DNA from: Macrostomum lignano
Taxonomy: Eukaryota
NCBI GenBank assembly: GCA_002269645.1
Contig: NIVC01003304.1
Coordinates: 1 to 64,000 of the forward strand
DNA: 64,000 nt
Direction of reading: 5' to 3'
In this document: positions 52,440 to 64,000 of the stretch, piece by piece
Position numbering within the stretch: the first letter of the stretch is position 1
Layout of the letters: the number at the start of each line of letters is the position of its first letter
Program-made: the position numbers and the translations under genes
Notes under the pieces: generated by a model
Told to the model about the DNA's origin: nothing
The model's database searches: none
What the model saw: the letters and a program-made list of their open reading frames with translations, nothing else

Positions 52440-52720
52440 AATTTAGAGTGAAGATCATGTACATTTTCAAGAATTTAGAGTGAAGATTATGTACATTTTT
52501 AAGAAGTTGGAGTGAAGATCATGTACATTTTTAAGAAGTTGGAGTGAAGATTATGTACATTTTTAAGAAGTTGGAGTGAAGATTATGTACATTTCTTAGA
52601 ATTCCGAGCATTGTGCATTTCTAAGAATTCCGAGTAATTTACATTTCTAAAAATTTTTTAATGAAGACTGTGCACATCTGTAGGAATTCTGAGTGGAGAT
52701 TATGTACATTTTAAGAACTT
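52440..52720. repeat. 32-bp degenerate tandem repeat
   Basis: Unit GAGTGAAGATTATGTACATTTTTAAGAAGTTG, about 5 good copies that then decay. Confidence 0.85.
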
Positions 52721-53255
52721 TGAGTGAATACTTTTTCAGAATTCAAGATCCAAGATTTCTCTAAGAATACTTTCTAAATAGGTCGTAGCTTCTCTTGTTG
52801 CTTTGAGCTATCAGAAAAAAACAGTTATTTTTCTGAGCCCTGAATCTAAGCGGTGAAGAGGGGCGATATTCCCTGGTCACAGAACACGGCTGCATTTTTT
52901 ATAATCTTAGCAAAGCCAATAAAGAACGGAATTTCCCGAGCGATAAACGCCACTTGCACTGATAAATTCCAAACCTGAAACTGGTCCGCACTTCCGCTTT
53001 CTGGTTGTGCAAAGCGATTTTACTCTTCCCAGCAACCCCCGAAATTTTAATAGTTTTTAATCATTTTTCCACTACTCCCGGCCTCTCGCGGCTGGAGAAC
53101 ATTTCTGACCATTTTTGTAACCTCTTGTGTTGACAATCATTAATCAGTTACAAAACTTAGTAATGATAGCAATTACAGTAATTGCAGGAGGGGCTGCTCC
53201 AATATCATCCTGCACACCCAACGCTGGCTCCTAAATATACAAGAGCGCCAAAACT

Positions 53256-53360
53256 GCAGGCACAGCACTCATACGCACGATCACACAGGGTGAACAGCAG
53301 CCCTGACTTTCTAATCGTCAGGCATTGTGCACTCTCTGCAGTGCCTTGGCGGTTGGCCCT
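53256..53360 (-). mobile_element. Diverged copy of the SINE central domain without a tRNA head
   Basis: GCAGGCACA..CATACGCAC..TCACACAGGGTGAACAGCAGCCCTGACTTTCTAATCGTCAGGCATTGTGCACT..GCCTTGGCGGTTGGC matches the core at about 17455-17580 and 36205-36330. Confidence 0.55.
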
Positions 53361-54033
53361 CATGCCGCTGACCCCCTGCTCTGCTTGGTAGGTCCCATTG
53401 GCAGGGTGCCAAGCTTCTAGGTGGCCCAGTATGGTTGGTTTCAAGCGACTCGTCAATCTTTTGCTGTTAGTTAGGTTGCTGTCAGACAAATAAGAAAACA
53501 AATAAATACTTTTGTCGCTACTTGTTAACGATAGCAGTAGTATTAATTATTTCGGGTAAAAGTCGTTAACATAACTGCCGATTGGAAATCAACCATAAAA
53601 TTTGCTTTTAATAATCGGAGCAGATCATGCAGCAGGTACACGCATTGCTGGGCAGGACGTGACAGCTAGATATACATTATCCTCAACACAACTCGGATTG
53701 AACTAGGACATTGATAATTACCAATTTCCGGTTTGTGCCACTCGTTTCACAGAATGCCAGGACCGAAATAAACCTGCTTTATTTCCATTCGCAATGCGTC
53801 CGCTCGATTGTAGACCGGAAGCCATCGATTTCCGTTGCTTCAACAAGCTAAAAATATTTTTTTTTCGAACTGCTGATTGGAGGGAACATTTGAAAATAAG
53901 TCAGAAAGTTGAATCCTTGTTGGCTTCTCAGATTCGCCATTCAAACATAACTTCATGAATCCGAGTGCACTTGCACCCGCGACCAGCATGCTTTGATCGT
54001 GGAAGTTTTTTGCCCGCTTTCAATATCTTCAAA

Positions 54034-54860
54034 GGGATGCCAGCTACAGAGGAGATGCCAGCTACAGAGGAGATGCCAGCTACAGAGGAGATGCCAGCTA
54101 CAGAGTGGATGCCAGCTACAGAGGGGATGCCAGCTACAGAGGAGATGCCAGCTACAGAGGAGATGCCAGCTACAGAGGAGATGCCAGCTACAGAGTGGAT
54201 GCCAGCTACAGAGGAGATGCCAGCTACAGAGGAGATGCCAGCTACAGAGGAGATGCCAGCTACAGAGTAGATGCCAGCTACAGAGGGGATGCCAGCTACA
54301 GAGGGTATAACAGGTACAGAGGGTATGCCAGGTACAGAGGGTATAACAGGTACAGAGTGGATGCCAGCTACAGAGGGGATGCCAGCTACATTGAGGATGC
54401 CAGCTACAGAGGAGATGCCAGCTACAGAGGAGATGCCAGCTACAGAGGGGATGCCAGCTACAGAGTGGATGCCAGCTACAGAGGGGATGCCAGCTACAGA
54501 GGGGATGCCAGCTACAGAGGGTATAACAGGTACAGAGGGTATGCCAGGTACAGAGGGTATAACAGGTACAGAGTGGATGCCAGCTACAGAGGGGATGCCA
54601 GCTACAGAGGAGATGCCAGCTACAGAGGAGATGCCAGCTACAGAGGGGATGCCAGCTACAGAGGGGATGCCAGCTACAGAGGAGATGCCAGCTACAGAGG
54701 AGATGCCAGCTACAGAGGAGATGCCAGCTACAGAGTAGATGCCAGCTACAGAGGGGATGCCAGCTACAGAGGGTATAACAGGTACAGAGGGTATGCCAGG
54801 TACAGAGGGTATAACAGGTACAGAGGGTATGCCAGGTACAGAAGGGATACCAGCTACAGA
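54034..54860. repeat. 18-bp tandem minisatellite
   Basis: Unit GATGCCAGCTACAGAGGA with interspersed GGTATAACAGGTACAGAG variants; explains the MPATEE and GDASYR ORFs. Confidence 0.95.
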
Positions 54861-55294
54861 CTATAAGCTAGCTGACAACCAAATTTAGTAGATATTCAAG
54901 CAGCAAGAATACCGCGGGCAAATGGCGTGGCGAAACAAAAGTCCAGAACTGGCAATTCTCGTGCTTCCGCAAGATTTGGATGTTGATAAGGGATGACTCA
55001 AAATAAAGCGCTTTATTGACTTACAACCTGTAAGCTGGAAATATCATTACAACAGTGACTTTTATGGACCTAAAGCGTTGGGGGCTCCGATCGAATTTTT
55101 ATTACAACACCAATCAATTTTACTGTCTAGAAGATTTTGCTTACTGTTAGTAGTGCAGTAGGGTTTTATCAAGTAAAAGTACGAGCGTATCAGGTAAATT
55201 AAAAAGCAGTTCTTAGAAATTCATATAAAACCTAAAATTAAAGGTGAAGTTTTTTTCCAAGACACGTCACCCGAGCATTGGAGGGTCTAGGCAG

Positions 55295-55857
55295 AATACA
55301 GATTGCACTATCCCAACCATAGGCAAAGGGGAACAATACCTAATACAGATTGCGCTATTCCAACCATAGACAAAGGGGAACAATACCTAATACAGATTGC
55401 ACTATCCCAACCATAGACAAAGGGGAAACAATACCTAATACAGTTTGCAATATCCCAACCATAGACAAAGGGAAACAATACCTAATACAGATTGCACTAT
55501 CCCAACCATAGACAAAGGGAAACAATACCTAATACAGATTGCACTATCCCAACCATAGACAAGGGGGAACAATACCTAATACAGATTGCACTATCCCAAC
55601 CATAGACAAAGGGAAACAATACCTAATACAGATTGCACTATCCCAACCATAGACAAGGGGGAACAATACCTAATACAGATTGCACTATCCCAACCATAGA
55701 CAAAGGGGAACAATACCTAATACAGATTGCACTATCCCAACCATAGACAAAGGGGAACAATACCTAATACAGATTGCACTATCCCAACCATAGGCAAAGG
55801 GGAACAATACCTAATACAGATTGCACTATCCCAACCATAGACAAAGAGGAACAATAC
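55295..55857. repeat. 47-49-bp tandem repeat
   Basis: Unit AATACAGATTGCACTATCCCAACCATAGACAAAGGGGAACAATACCT, about 12 head-to-tail copies, no spacers. Confidence 0.95.
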
Positions 55858-56313
55858 ATATTTCGACTTTGACTACTGCAAATATCTTTAACAATGGATA
55901 AATAATCAGCGGTCCCAGTGCGTGACAACGATTTCCCCAGAAGAGAAATTTGTCCCACGAATCAAAATGCAATCGTTAAAGTGAAGTCACAGGCCAAATT
56001 TCTATTCTTGGCTAAGGGAAGAAGGATTGCCTTCCTTGCAGAGCCGTACTCGGGGTTGCCCTTGGTAACTGACTGGCATGCAGTGTACATTTAGTGCGCG
56101 CACAACTGTACTGTACACTCAGCGAGAGAAGAAGCGCTTCCTACCCCACACGAGTACACGCCTCACAGAATTTCACTCCATTTCGTCATTGCATTCTCGC
56201 CAGCCCCTATTGCTTTGCATAGAGCAATGCCAGAGTGATGAAGTACAAAAGAGGAGGCTGAGAGGGCGATTGTTTACTGACTGACACGTCAAAGTTGCAT
56301 TTTTTGATTGCGC

Positions 56314-56349
56314 CACGTGAGGCAAGGCGGGAGGCTAAGGCTATATAAA
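56314..56349 (+). promoter_or_regulatory. Core promoter of the vWA gene (E-box, GC-box, TATA)
   Basis: CACGTG 56314-56319, GGCGGG 56326-56331 and TATATAAA 56342-56349, about 110 bp upstream of the ATG at 56461. Confidence 0.5.
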
Positions 56350-56460
56350 ACTAAGGGAAAGAAGAAGGCCAGACGACCCGAACGACAGAAGCAAAATCGC
56401 GATAAAACACCCTGACTACAAAGCTGTTCTGAAAGACATCTGCTGTTCAATCAAATTATA

Positions 56461-58198
56461 ATGGTCCGCGGACGCGGAGCTCTCAGAGGGCGCGGCGGAA
56501 GGGGTCGCGGTCGAGGTGGCGGTCGAGGCGGCGGTCGAGGCAGCAGTCGAGGCGGCAGTCGAGGCGGAGGCCGCCCGCAGCAGCCGGCCGCTGACGAGGA
56601 GTGGACGGCGGACAAGGCGGACCAGGCGCTCGACATTGCGGGCGACAGCAGCGCCTTTTTCCTCGGCGTGACCAGCTTCGAGCAGCACACGAGGGCGCAG
56701 ACCAGCAATCGGAGTCGCTACGCGGCAGCCATCGCCGTGCTCACCAAATCCGGGGTCGAGATCAATCAGAACGCGCGAGTCCGTGCTCTCGCTGCCGCCT
56801 GGGCTCGCAACGACCCCGCGCTGGCTGACGGACTGCTCAAGCTCCGAGGCAGCTTCGGTGTAGCCGAGGTGCTCAAGGCGGCTACCATGCTGGACTCGGG
56901 ACGAAAGATTCGAGAGTGGGAGAAGCGCCTCGCCAAGGCGCAGAGCCAGCCCGGAGGAGCAAAGAAGAAGTTCGTCAGCAAGGTCAAGTACAACATTGAC
57001 AACCTGTCGGCCATTCGACCGGCTCAAGGCTCGGCTAGCGGAGCATTCTGCCGACACGTGAAGCGCTGGGTGCGCACCTTCTCCCTCGCCGAGCTCGACT
57101 CCGTGGAAGAAGCTTGCCGACATTTGCCACCTGAGCCCGTCGATTGACTTTCCTGCGGCGCCCTGGTTCCTGCCGTTCTGCTTCGGTGCCGAAGCTCCGG
57201 ATGGGACGCTCGCCAAGCAGTGCTCCATCATCACCCCGGAGAATGTGAACGAGATCCTAGCCGAGCGAGCGCTGCCCTTTTCTGAAATTCGTCGCTTCCT
57301 TGAGCACATGAGCAACCAAACGAAAGCTCGAGTTGTGCGCAACGACGACCGAGTGGATCGCGGCATCTGGTGGTACGAAGACGTCAAGTGTCCCGAGGTC
57401 GATGCGGCCATCGAGGAGCGACTGCGCAACGGAGAAAAGGTCACGCTCACCTACGGCAAGCTGATGGAACGTTTGCTGCTCTTCTCTGGCATGTCTCCCG
57501 TGCCCAGCTTCTACCCGATGCTCATCCCAGTCGCGGAGCACAAGCTGCAGGAGACCACTCTCAACCTCGAGTCTCCGGTCGTCGTCATTGGCGACGCCTC
57601 GTCTTCGATGAATGTCGCCATCCGCACCGCCACCATCATCTCGTCTCTGCTGTCGGCCATCATCAAGTGCGACCTGATCTTCTTCAACGTCAAGTCGTGG
57701 AGCCCCGAGGCCAATCCTCGAACCATCGAAGAGGTCCTGAGTCTGGCTCGCAGCACAAAGGCATCAGGCTGCACTGCTCATGCCGCAGCTCTGTATCCGT
57801 ACTACGAGCGCAAGGAGATTGTTCGCACTTTTATCGTAGTCACGGATGAGGAAGAGAACACCGACTTCCAGGGAACTCGTTTTTTTCCCCTGTTTGAGCG
57901 CTACCGACAAGAAGTGTTCGACGCGAAACTCGTGTTCGTGTCTTTCCTGCGTCAGCAGCACTCCAGGGGCCAGATGGTGTACAAGGCGGCCGAGCTGGGA
58001 CTCAACGTGCAGCAGTTTGTGCTCAACGGAAGCCGGCCCGACCTCAACAAGCTCGACAGCATACTCGGTCGGCTAGGCGTCCAGTGCAGCACCTTCGAGG
58101 AGGAGGTGCAGAAGATGACCGACCGGATCGGCACAGAGGGTCTTCGCGAGGTTTTCGACCAGCTGTTCGGCAGCGACTCCAGCTTTGACGAGCTTTGA
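56461..58198 (+). CDS. RGG-box + helical + vWA protein (Ro60/TROVE-like architecture), frame break at ~57100
   Basis: Intronless and GC-rich. RGRGG repeats at the N-terminus. Coding sequence continues in the +1 frame from 57101 (PWKKLADICHLSP..PWFLPFCFG) into a vWA domain with MIDAS D-x-S-x-S (GDASSSM), a T in GCT and D in VVTDEEEN. Stop at 58196-58198. Confidence 0.7.
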
Positions 58199-58887
58199 TC
58201 GCGTGTCCAATGTCTTTTAGTTAGATAGACAATTTGCAAGGCCATTAGTGTGAAATCTTTGACTTGCTTGACACGTCCCCATTCATACTATTCACCTCCA
58301 GTATGTACTATGCACTTTATATTTTCACTTTTGTTAAACATAATATTTTCTCTAGCCACTGTGTTCCCCTTCAAGCGTGTGATCTGGCCAATTTATTTAC
58401 ATTGTTGTGTTACTCGCAGTTAAAGAAAAGTGCTATAATAAGAAGCACTCGTCACGGATGGCCTGCTGGGCGTACCATATTACGTGCCATCATAGATCGA
58501 AAGATTGTTTTTGTGTTTGTTACTCCCTGTTCAGTGTCAGAGGAAATTTTTTATATTTTAAGAATTCGAAATTCTAAGTAAACAGTCTAGCAAAATACTA
58601 TCACAATAGTACTGGGATTCGGATAACTGGGATTTTGAGACACATGGGACTTCGACGGACTCGGACTTATACGAACTGGGACTTATACGAACTGTTGAAA
58701 CAAGCTAAGGAGGCAAAGAAGCTTAGCTAATTTAACTAGCACTTCAACATAAAACAAGCGAGAAGTAGCTTACTCTCTGACTTGTAACAATAGAAAATTG
58801 ACAAGATAATTCGGCAGAACGGGATCGATTTAGATGTCAGGAATTCAGATGATTACTGTACAGAGTAACAGTAAGTCGACTGTACAA

Positions 58888-60613
58888 TCAGTTCCCCGCG
58901 GCAGTGTGCCAGCTCTGAAAGCAAGGAGCTGCGCAAAGTCCAGGCTCTCCAGGGCAAGCATCACACACGTAGACAGTTCGCTTGGCCGAGCCGTTTCCAT
59001 AGCAGACTCTGCACCGCTTAGTCGGTCTCATATTGGCCTCTGTCGGTGGTAGTTTGGATGGGGTATGCAGCGAGGCAGCTCGACGCTTCGATGTGTTCTG
59101 CCGCTTGCCCCGACCCGTCTGCTTCATCAGAAGGCGGATCGTAGCCTCCAAGAAGTCTAAGAACTTCATGCAGTTGCCAGAATGGCAGTAACAAATCCAA
59201 GCATTGCGCACCAACTGAAGCAAAATATGAAACCCGAGCTTCTGGTGCCACCTGTGCGTCCTTCTTCCTGCACTGTAGGGTTGTAGCGCTGCGTCAAGGC
59301 GATCGACGCCTCCCATACTCTTGTTGTACTGCAGCACTGAGTTGGGCTTCAAAACTGTCTCCACTACGCCGCCTCGAATTACTCGCCTCACTTCCGTGCT
59401 TCCAGCAACGCCGTGGGTGTCCAAAAGGTAGACAGTTTTGCGACCACTGGCCTTTCTGTCAACGAGCTTGACGGCAAGAACATCGCCTCGGCGCACGTGA
59501 GAGTGACTTATGGGTTGCAGTGCCAGCACCTTTAGCTCGTTGGGGATGCCTCGGTCGACTCTCACGGCTCCTGTCAGCATAGTATTACGTTCGAGCAGAA
59601 ACTGAGCTAGGCGAAGCGACGTTAACCAGCTGTCACAATAGATCCTGCAGCCCAAGCCCAGCAAGTCCTTGCTTAGCTCGGCAACAATCTTTTCACTGAA
59701 AGATAAATTCCCGCAGTTCACTACTTCTCCAAACCTGTTGTTGTCCTGCTTGACAGCATGCACACGGAAGTTCCACAGAAATCCGGTGGAAGCCTCTGTG
59801 AGACAGTAGACCTTTATGCCGAACCTGGCGCGCTTGTTGGGCATGAACTGTCGGAAAATGAGTCTGCCTTTGTACATGACCAACTCTTCATCTACTGAAA
59901 CGTCCTGATTCGGGCCGTAGTTGGCTTGGCAAATACCACGCGCAATGTCTAAAAATGGCCTGATTTTCTTCAGGGAATCCTGGTGATTATTTACTGCGGT
60001 GCAGTCGTAGAATCGGAGGAATGACAAGAGCTAAATGAACCGATCCCTTCCGAGGCAATGCTCTTTTTGAAAATATTCACCACCGTAGAAATCGCTAGTC
60101 GACCAATACATGTGCAATTCGGGCTTCTTCACTAGACCCATGTACAGGACGATGGTGAGACATTTCCTCACTTCGTTGTCGGTGCATGGTGCATGGAAGA
60201 GGTTCAGCAGCCTCAATTGCCATGTTTTGGAGCTCGAAATCAGCTCGAGCATTGGTCCAAAATCGAATGGCAGACACCAGATCAGAGGTAATAAAGTGCT
60301 GGAGGAAGAATTCGATCCGAGACATTGTGTTATCCGACGCTTGGGCTAATACTGTAGATCCGGGTTCAGACCGGGCACTCTGAGGAATTCTGGCGCATCC
60401 CGGAGACGCGAGTCTTCACCCTCCTGAACAAAATTCCATTCATTTTCAATCAAACAAAGCTTCTTCTACCTGAGAGCCTTCCACGTCACTTTGGCCATCT
60501 TCTTCATCCACCTCGCCATCAATGCTTGCGTACTCGCTGGCGCTGTTATCACTGGTCAAAGCCGGTGAGTCGTCAAGAAAGGCAACGGCATCCTCATGAA
60601 AGTTGCTAGCCAT
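58888..60613 (-). pseudogene. piggyBac (PGBD-type DDD) transposase, disrupted
   Basis: Catalytic VDEEL, CDSWLTS and MGGVD; C-terminal CRVC..C..C..C..C.H cysteine-rich domain. ATG at 60613, 46-nt GT-AG intron 60469-60424, -1 frameshift near 60350, 7-bp duplication at 60183-60196, in-frame TAG at 60031-60033. No TTAA-flanked TIRs found. Confidence 0.88.
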
Positions 60614-61559
60614 TTATACTTGTCTAGAAGGATTTGATTAGAACCGGGATTGAAAGCAGTAATAAGGTAGCCTAGGGACAAAAAAATGTATGAGTTATAA
60701 AATCGTAAAGTTTTAAGCTTGGTTTTTGAAAAAAAATACTGTAAAAGAAAAGCAAGAGGGGTCGATATTGGCCATAGACAGTCTCCAGGATAGGGCTGCG
60801 TAAAATGACTCGATTGATGGAAAAAGAAGCTGCCAAGTTAGCCAGTCTGTGCTAATAGTTTATGTAATTAGCCGTTTGATGACACAGTGCTCATTGACAG
60901 TGGGGACGAGTTTGATGAGCCATGGCACGCCTAGCGTGCCATCCGTTGATTGGGACCGTGTGGCTATAGAAGCCCCGTGCACTAGTGGTTATAAGCTGTT
61001 CGCGTATCGTAATGGACCAGTGGATTCACTGCTGCTGTTGGTTTCGTTTCTTTCTCAATCTCAAAGTTGAAGACAGCTTCACACTGTTACATATGAGGTA
61101 CACTTGAAAGTTCTAAAAAGCATCGGGTTGGTGACGGAATGCTTGAGAGACTAGTTGAGGACGCTCAGAAATTTAATTTTGCCCACCGTCTAGGCTCGAT
61201 CCGTCTGGGTGAAAGTCGGTCGCCTTCGAAGACAGAGATAATGTAGATTCTGTACACATGTGGTCGAAGTGCTGATGAAATTTAGAGGCTTGGCAAGGCT
61301 GCACTGAGGTGCAGTGCTGATTGGCGCACAGGGGTGCATTAGTCACGACCTCCAGATACCATGAAGATCTCCAGAAAAAAACTTGAAGTCTGCTTTGATG
61401 CTTGCTACTGAAAATATTAACAGAATAATTATTGTCAAAGTTGTATGGGACCGATAGTTCCAGTAAAAGTTTCCAGATATCAATCAAAATCTGGGCTTGA
61501 TGACGACTTTGACAATCCAGCAGCTTCCGCGTCTTCAATGAGTTTCCGTGTTCGCGCCA

Positions 61560-62115
61560 CTGACAATGTGACCCTGCTGTATGATACTGACAATGTGCTC
61601 CTGCTGTATGATACTGACAATGTGATCCTGCTGTTGTGTGATACTGTCAATGTGATCCTGCTGTTGTGTGATACTGACAATGTGATCCTGCTGTTGTGTG
61701 ATACTGTCAATGCGCTCCTGCTGTTGTGTGATACTGTCAATGTGATCCTGCTGTTGTGTGATACTGTCAATGCGCTCCTGCTGTTGTGTGATACTGTCAA
61801 TGCGCTCCTGCTGTTGTGTGATACTATCAATGTGATCCTGCTGTTGTGTGATACTGACAATGTGATCCTGCTGTTGTGTGATACTGTCAATGCGCTCCTG
61901 CTGTTGTGTGATACTGTCAATGCGCTCCTGCTGTTGTGTGATACTGACAATGTGATCCTGCTGTTGTGTGATACTGACAATGCGCTCCTGCTGTATGATA
62001 CTGACAATGTGATCCTGCTGTTGTGTGATACTGTCAATGTGCTCCTGCTGTTGTGTGATACTGTCAATGTGCTCCTGCTGTTGTGTGATACTGTCAATGT
62101 GATCCTGCTGTTGTG
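61560..62115. repeat. 30-bp tandem minisatellite
   Basis: Unit GATACTGTCAATGTGATCCTGCTGTTGTGT, with 27-bp variants; explains three overlapping repetitive ORFs. Confidence 0.95.
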
Positions 62116-63169
62116 CTGCTGACAAGCACAGAGAAAAGCTCGTCGGTAATATCTTATTTATTTCCCAGAGCAATTCTCATGGGTTTAAAACCCCTTGATT
62201 TTTTGAAATCCTTTTTGGTTTCACCGAATGCCACTTGGCAGCTGTCGAGTGTTGAGTCGCTAGGGAAATCACGTGAAAGTCGATCACCCACCAATTCGCC
62301 CTCGTTCTGTCACCTGTTGCTGTAAACTATGCAGACATTTTGGCAAGCCACGGTGACAGACACAAATGACTGACACAAGGCAAGAGCCGGCTTGAGCTGT
62401 TTTTCAATTTTGTGTTAATGCATTTTAAACGGATGAAAATGTTGCGAGACTTGCACAGATTTATTTAATATTGAACTCAATTTAATTTATCATGCCTAGT
62501 CAAATTTCTTCGAGCATAATCGTACACAAAAAGGCCGAATTATCAAAGGCAGAAAAACTTCATTAATTTGGAATGATAGTTGCAAATAATATTTCAATAT
62601 AAAATTGTTGAAAACATTAGCAAAACATCACTTTATACTATAATTCAATAGCTACTTAGGGTTCTGCCACTGCGTATGTACAACAAGGATGCTTAGTTAT
62701 AAGTATGAAACATCATAGGGAATGGTCAGACTCATATGGAATGTTTGCGCACGGACTTGCATAACAAGTTAGACATGTACACACTAATTTAGCTCCTAGG
62801 ATGTTGTCAACATGCAGCATTCAGGCTGGAAATAGTTCATACTTTATAAGAAATAGCATTTCATTATTGACTACTCGTAAAGAAATTCCGCCCTAGCATT
62901 GGCTCTTTGTTTAACTAAAGTATACTCAATATAGACTTAACGTAAATAACAAAGCATTTGAGTTGAAAACAGGCAACAATAGTTATAAAACTGAATTTTT
63001 TATACCAAAAATAAATGACATTATTCGCCAATAACATTACCAGGGTATGTTTAGATAATAAATTTATTAGATAAGAGTTTAAGATAAGTAAATTGGCATT
63101 CCCATGCAATCATTTAGTTGGCTTTTTGTTACCTGTGAAAGTCTGCTGCCTGTCTTCTATGATCTAAAC

Positions 63170-63870
63170 TGTCTGTAGTCTGAACTGTCTATGGCCTAAA
63201 CTGTCTAAGGTCCAAACTACTATCTATGGCCTAAACTGTCTGTAGTCTGAACTGTCTATGGCCTAAACTGTCTAAGGTCCAAACTACTATCTATGGCCTA
63301 AACTGTCTACAGTCTAAACTACTATCTATTGCCTAAACTCTCTACAGTCTAAGCTACTATCTATGGCCTAAACTGTCTACAGTCTAAACTACTATCTATG
63401 GCCTAAACTGTCTACAGTCTAAGCTACTATCTATTGCCTAAACAGTCTACAGTCTAAACTACTATCTATGGCCTAAACTGCCTACAGTCTAAACTACTAT
63501 CTATGGCCTAAACTGTCTACAGTCTAAACTACTATCTATGGCCTAAACTGTCTACTGTCTAAACTACTATCTATGGCCTAAACTGTCTACAGTCTGAACT
63601 ACTATCTATGGCCTAAACTGTCTACAGTCTAAGCTACTATCTATGGCCTAAACAGTCTACAGTCTAAGCTACTATCTATGGCCTAAACAGTCTACAGTCT
63701 AAGCTACTATCTATGGCCTAAACTGTCTACAGTCTAAGCTACTATCTATTGCCTAAACAGTCTACAGTCTAAGCTACTATCTATTGCCTAAACAGTCTAC
63801 AGTCTAAACTACTATCTATGGCCTAAACTGTCTACAGTCTAAACTACTATCTATGGCCTAAACTGCCTAC
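63170..63870. repeat. 35-bp tandem minisatellite
   Basis: Unit CTATGGCCTAAACTGTCTACAGTCTAAACTACTAT, about 19 copies. Confidence 0.95.
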
Positions 63871-64000
63871 GAGCTGAAATGTCTATGACTTTAACTTCCA
63901 AAGGCTCAATTCATTCAATAGTTTTAAACAAACGCAGTCCACAGAATCACAGGAGGCGTCGCATCATAAAAGCCGCAATTGCCAAGCCGCTAATAACAGC

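Noticed and set aside
53965-54866. MPATEE / GDASYR / CQLQRR repeat proteins
   Set aside because: Several frames are open simply because the 18-bp unit lacks stops; no signal peptide, splice sites or unique flanking coding sequence. An adhesive-type repeat protein cannot be fully excluded without RNA data.
55295-55857. 47-49-bp repeats as a CRISPR array next to the vWA gene
   Set aside because: Units are head-to-tail with no unique spacers, there are no cas genes, and the context is eukaryotic.
57104-57113. 10-nt GT-AG micro-intron repairing the vWA frame
   Set aside because: Far below normal spliceosomal intron size, and it would delete the conserved-looking WKK residues.
58600-61450. piggyBac terminal inverted repeats
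   Set aside because: No TTAA-flanked inverted pair found; only short direct repeats (GGACTTATACGAACT x2) near 58665-58695.
61445-62173. Three overlapping ORFs of about 200 aa
   Set aside because: Products of the 30-bp minisatellite read in different frames.
63170-63870. 35-bp repeats as a CRISPR array
   Set aside because: Contiguous monomers with no spacers.

Overview
Eukaryotic (invertebrate animal) genomic DNA with GT-AG introns, GC-rich exons and many tandem-repeat arrays. The style suggests a free-living flatworm such as Macrostomum lignano; this is inference and was not searched. Genes: the 3' part of an ABCA transporter (1-4808, +); an intronless secreted LamG/ConA-like jelly-roll protein (15244-16206, +); a small spliced secreted Cys-rich precursor ending in GKR (20133-19678, -); a 4-exon NO66/RIOX1 JmjC oxygenase (27214-35418, +) whose introns are largely satellites; a 1045-aa Q/P-rich disordered protein (49255-38731, -); and an intronless RGG + helical + vWA (Ro60/TROVE-like) gene with a frame break (56461-58198, +). 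Mobile DNA: a young P/THAP transposon with 44-bp TIRs and a 7-bp TSD (7887-11368), a decayed piggyBac transposase (58888-60613), two tRNA-headed SINEs plus a third copy of their core, and weaker MITE/LTR-like remnants. There are about 16 tandem arrays, including a 3.9-kb 20-mer array with higher-order duplications. No CRISPR, rRNA or intact tRNA gene is supported. The most interesting leads are the candidate amidated peptide precursor, the Ro60-like gene, a 2.2-kb block almost free of CpG, the P element and a ~110-nt hairpin with tandem G.A mismatches. All alignments, counts and splice models were done by eye.
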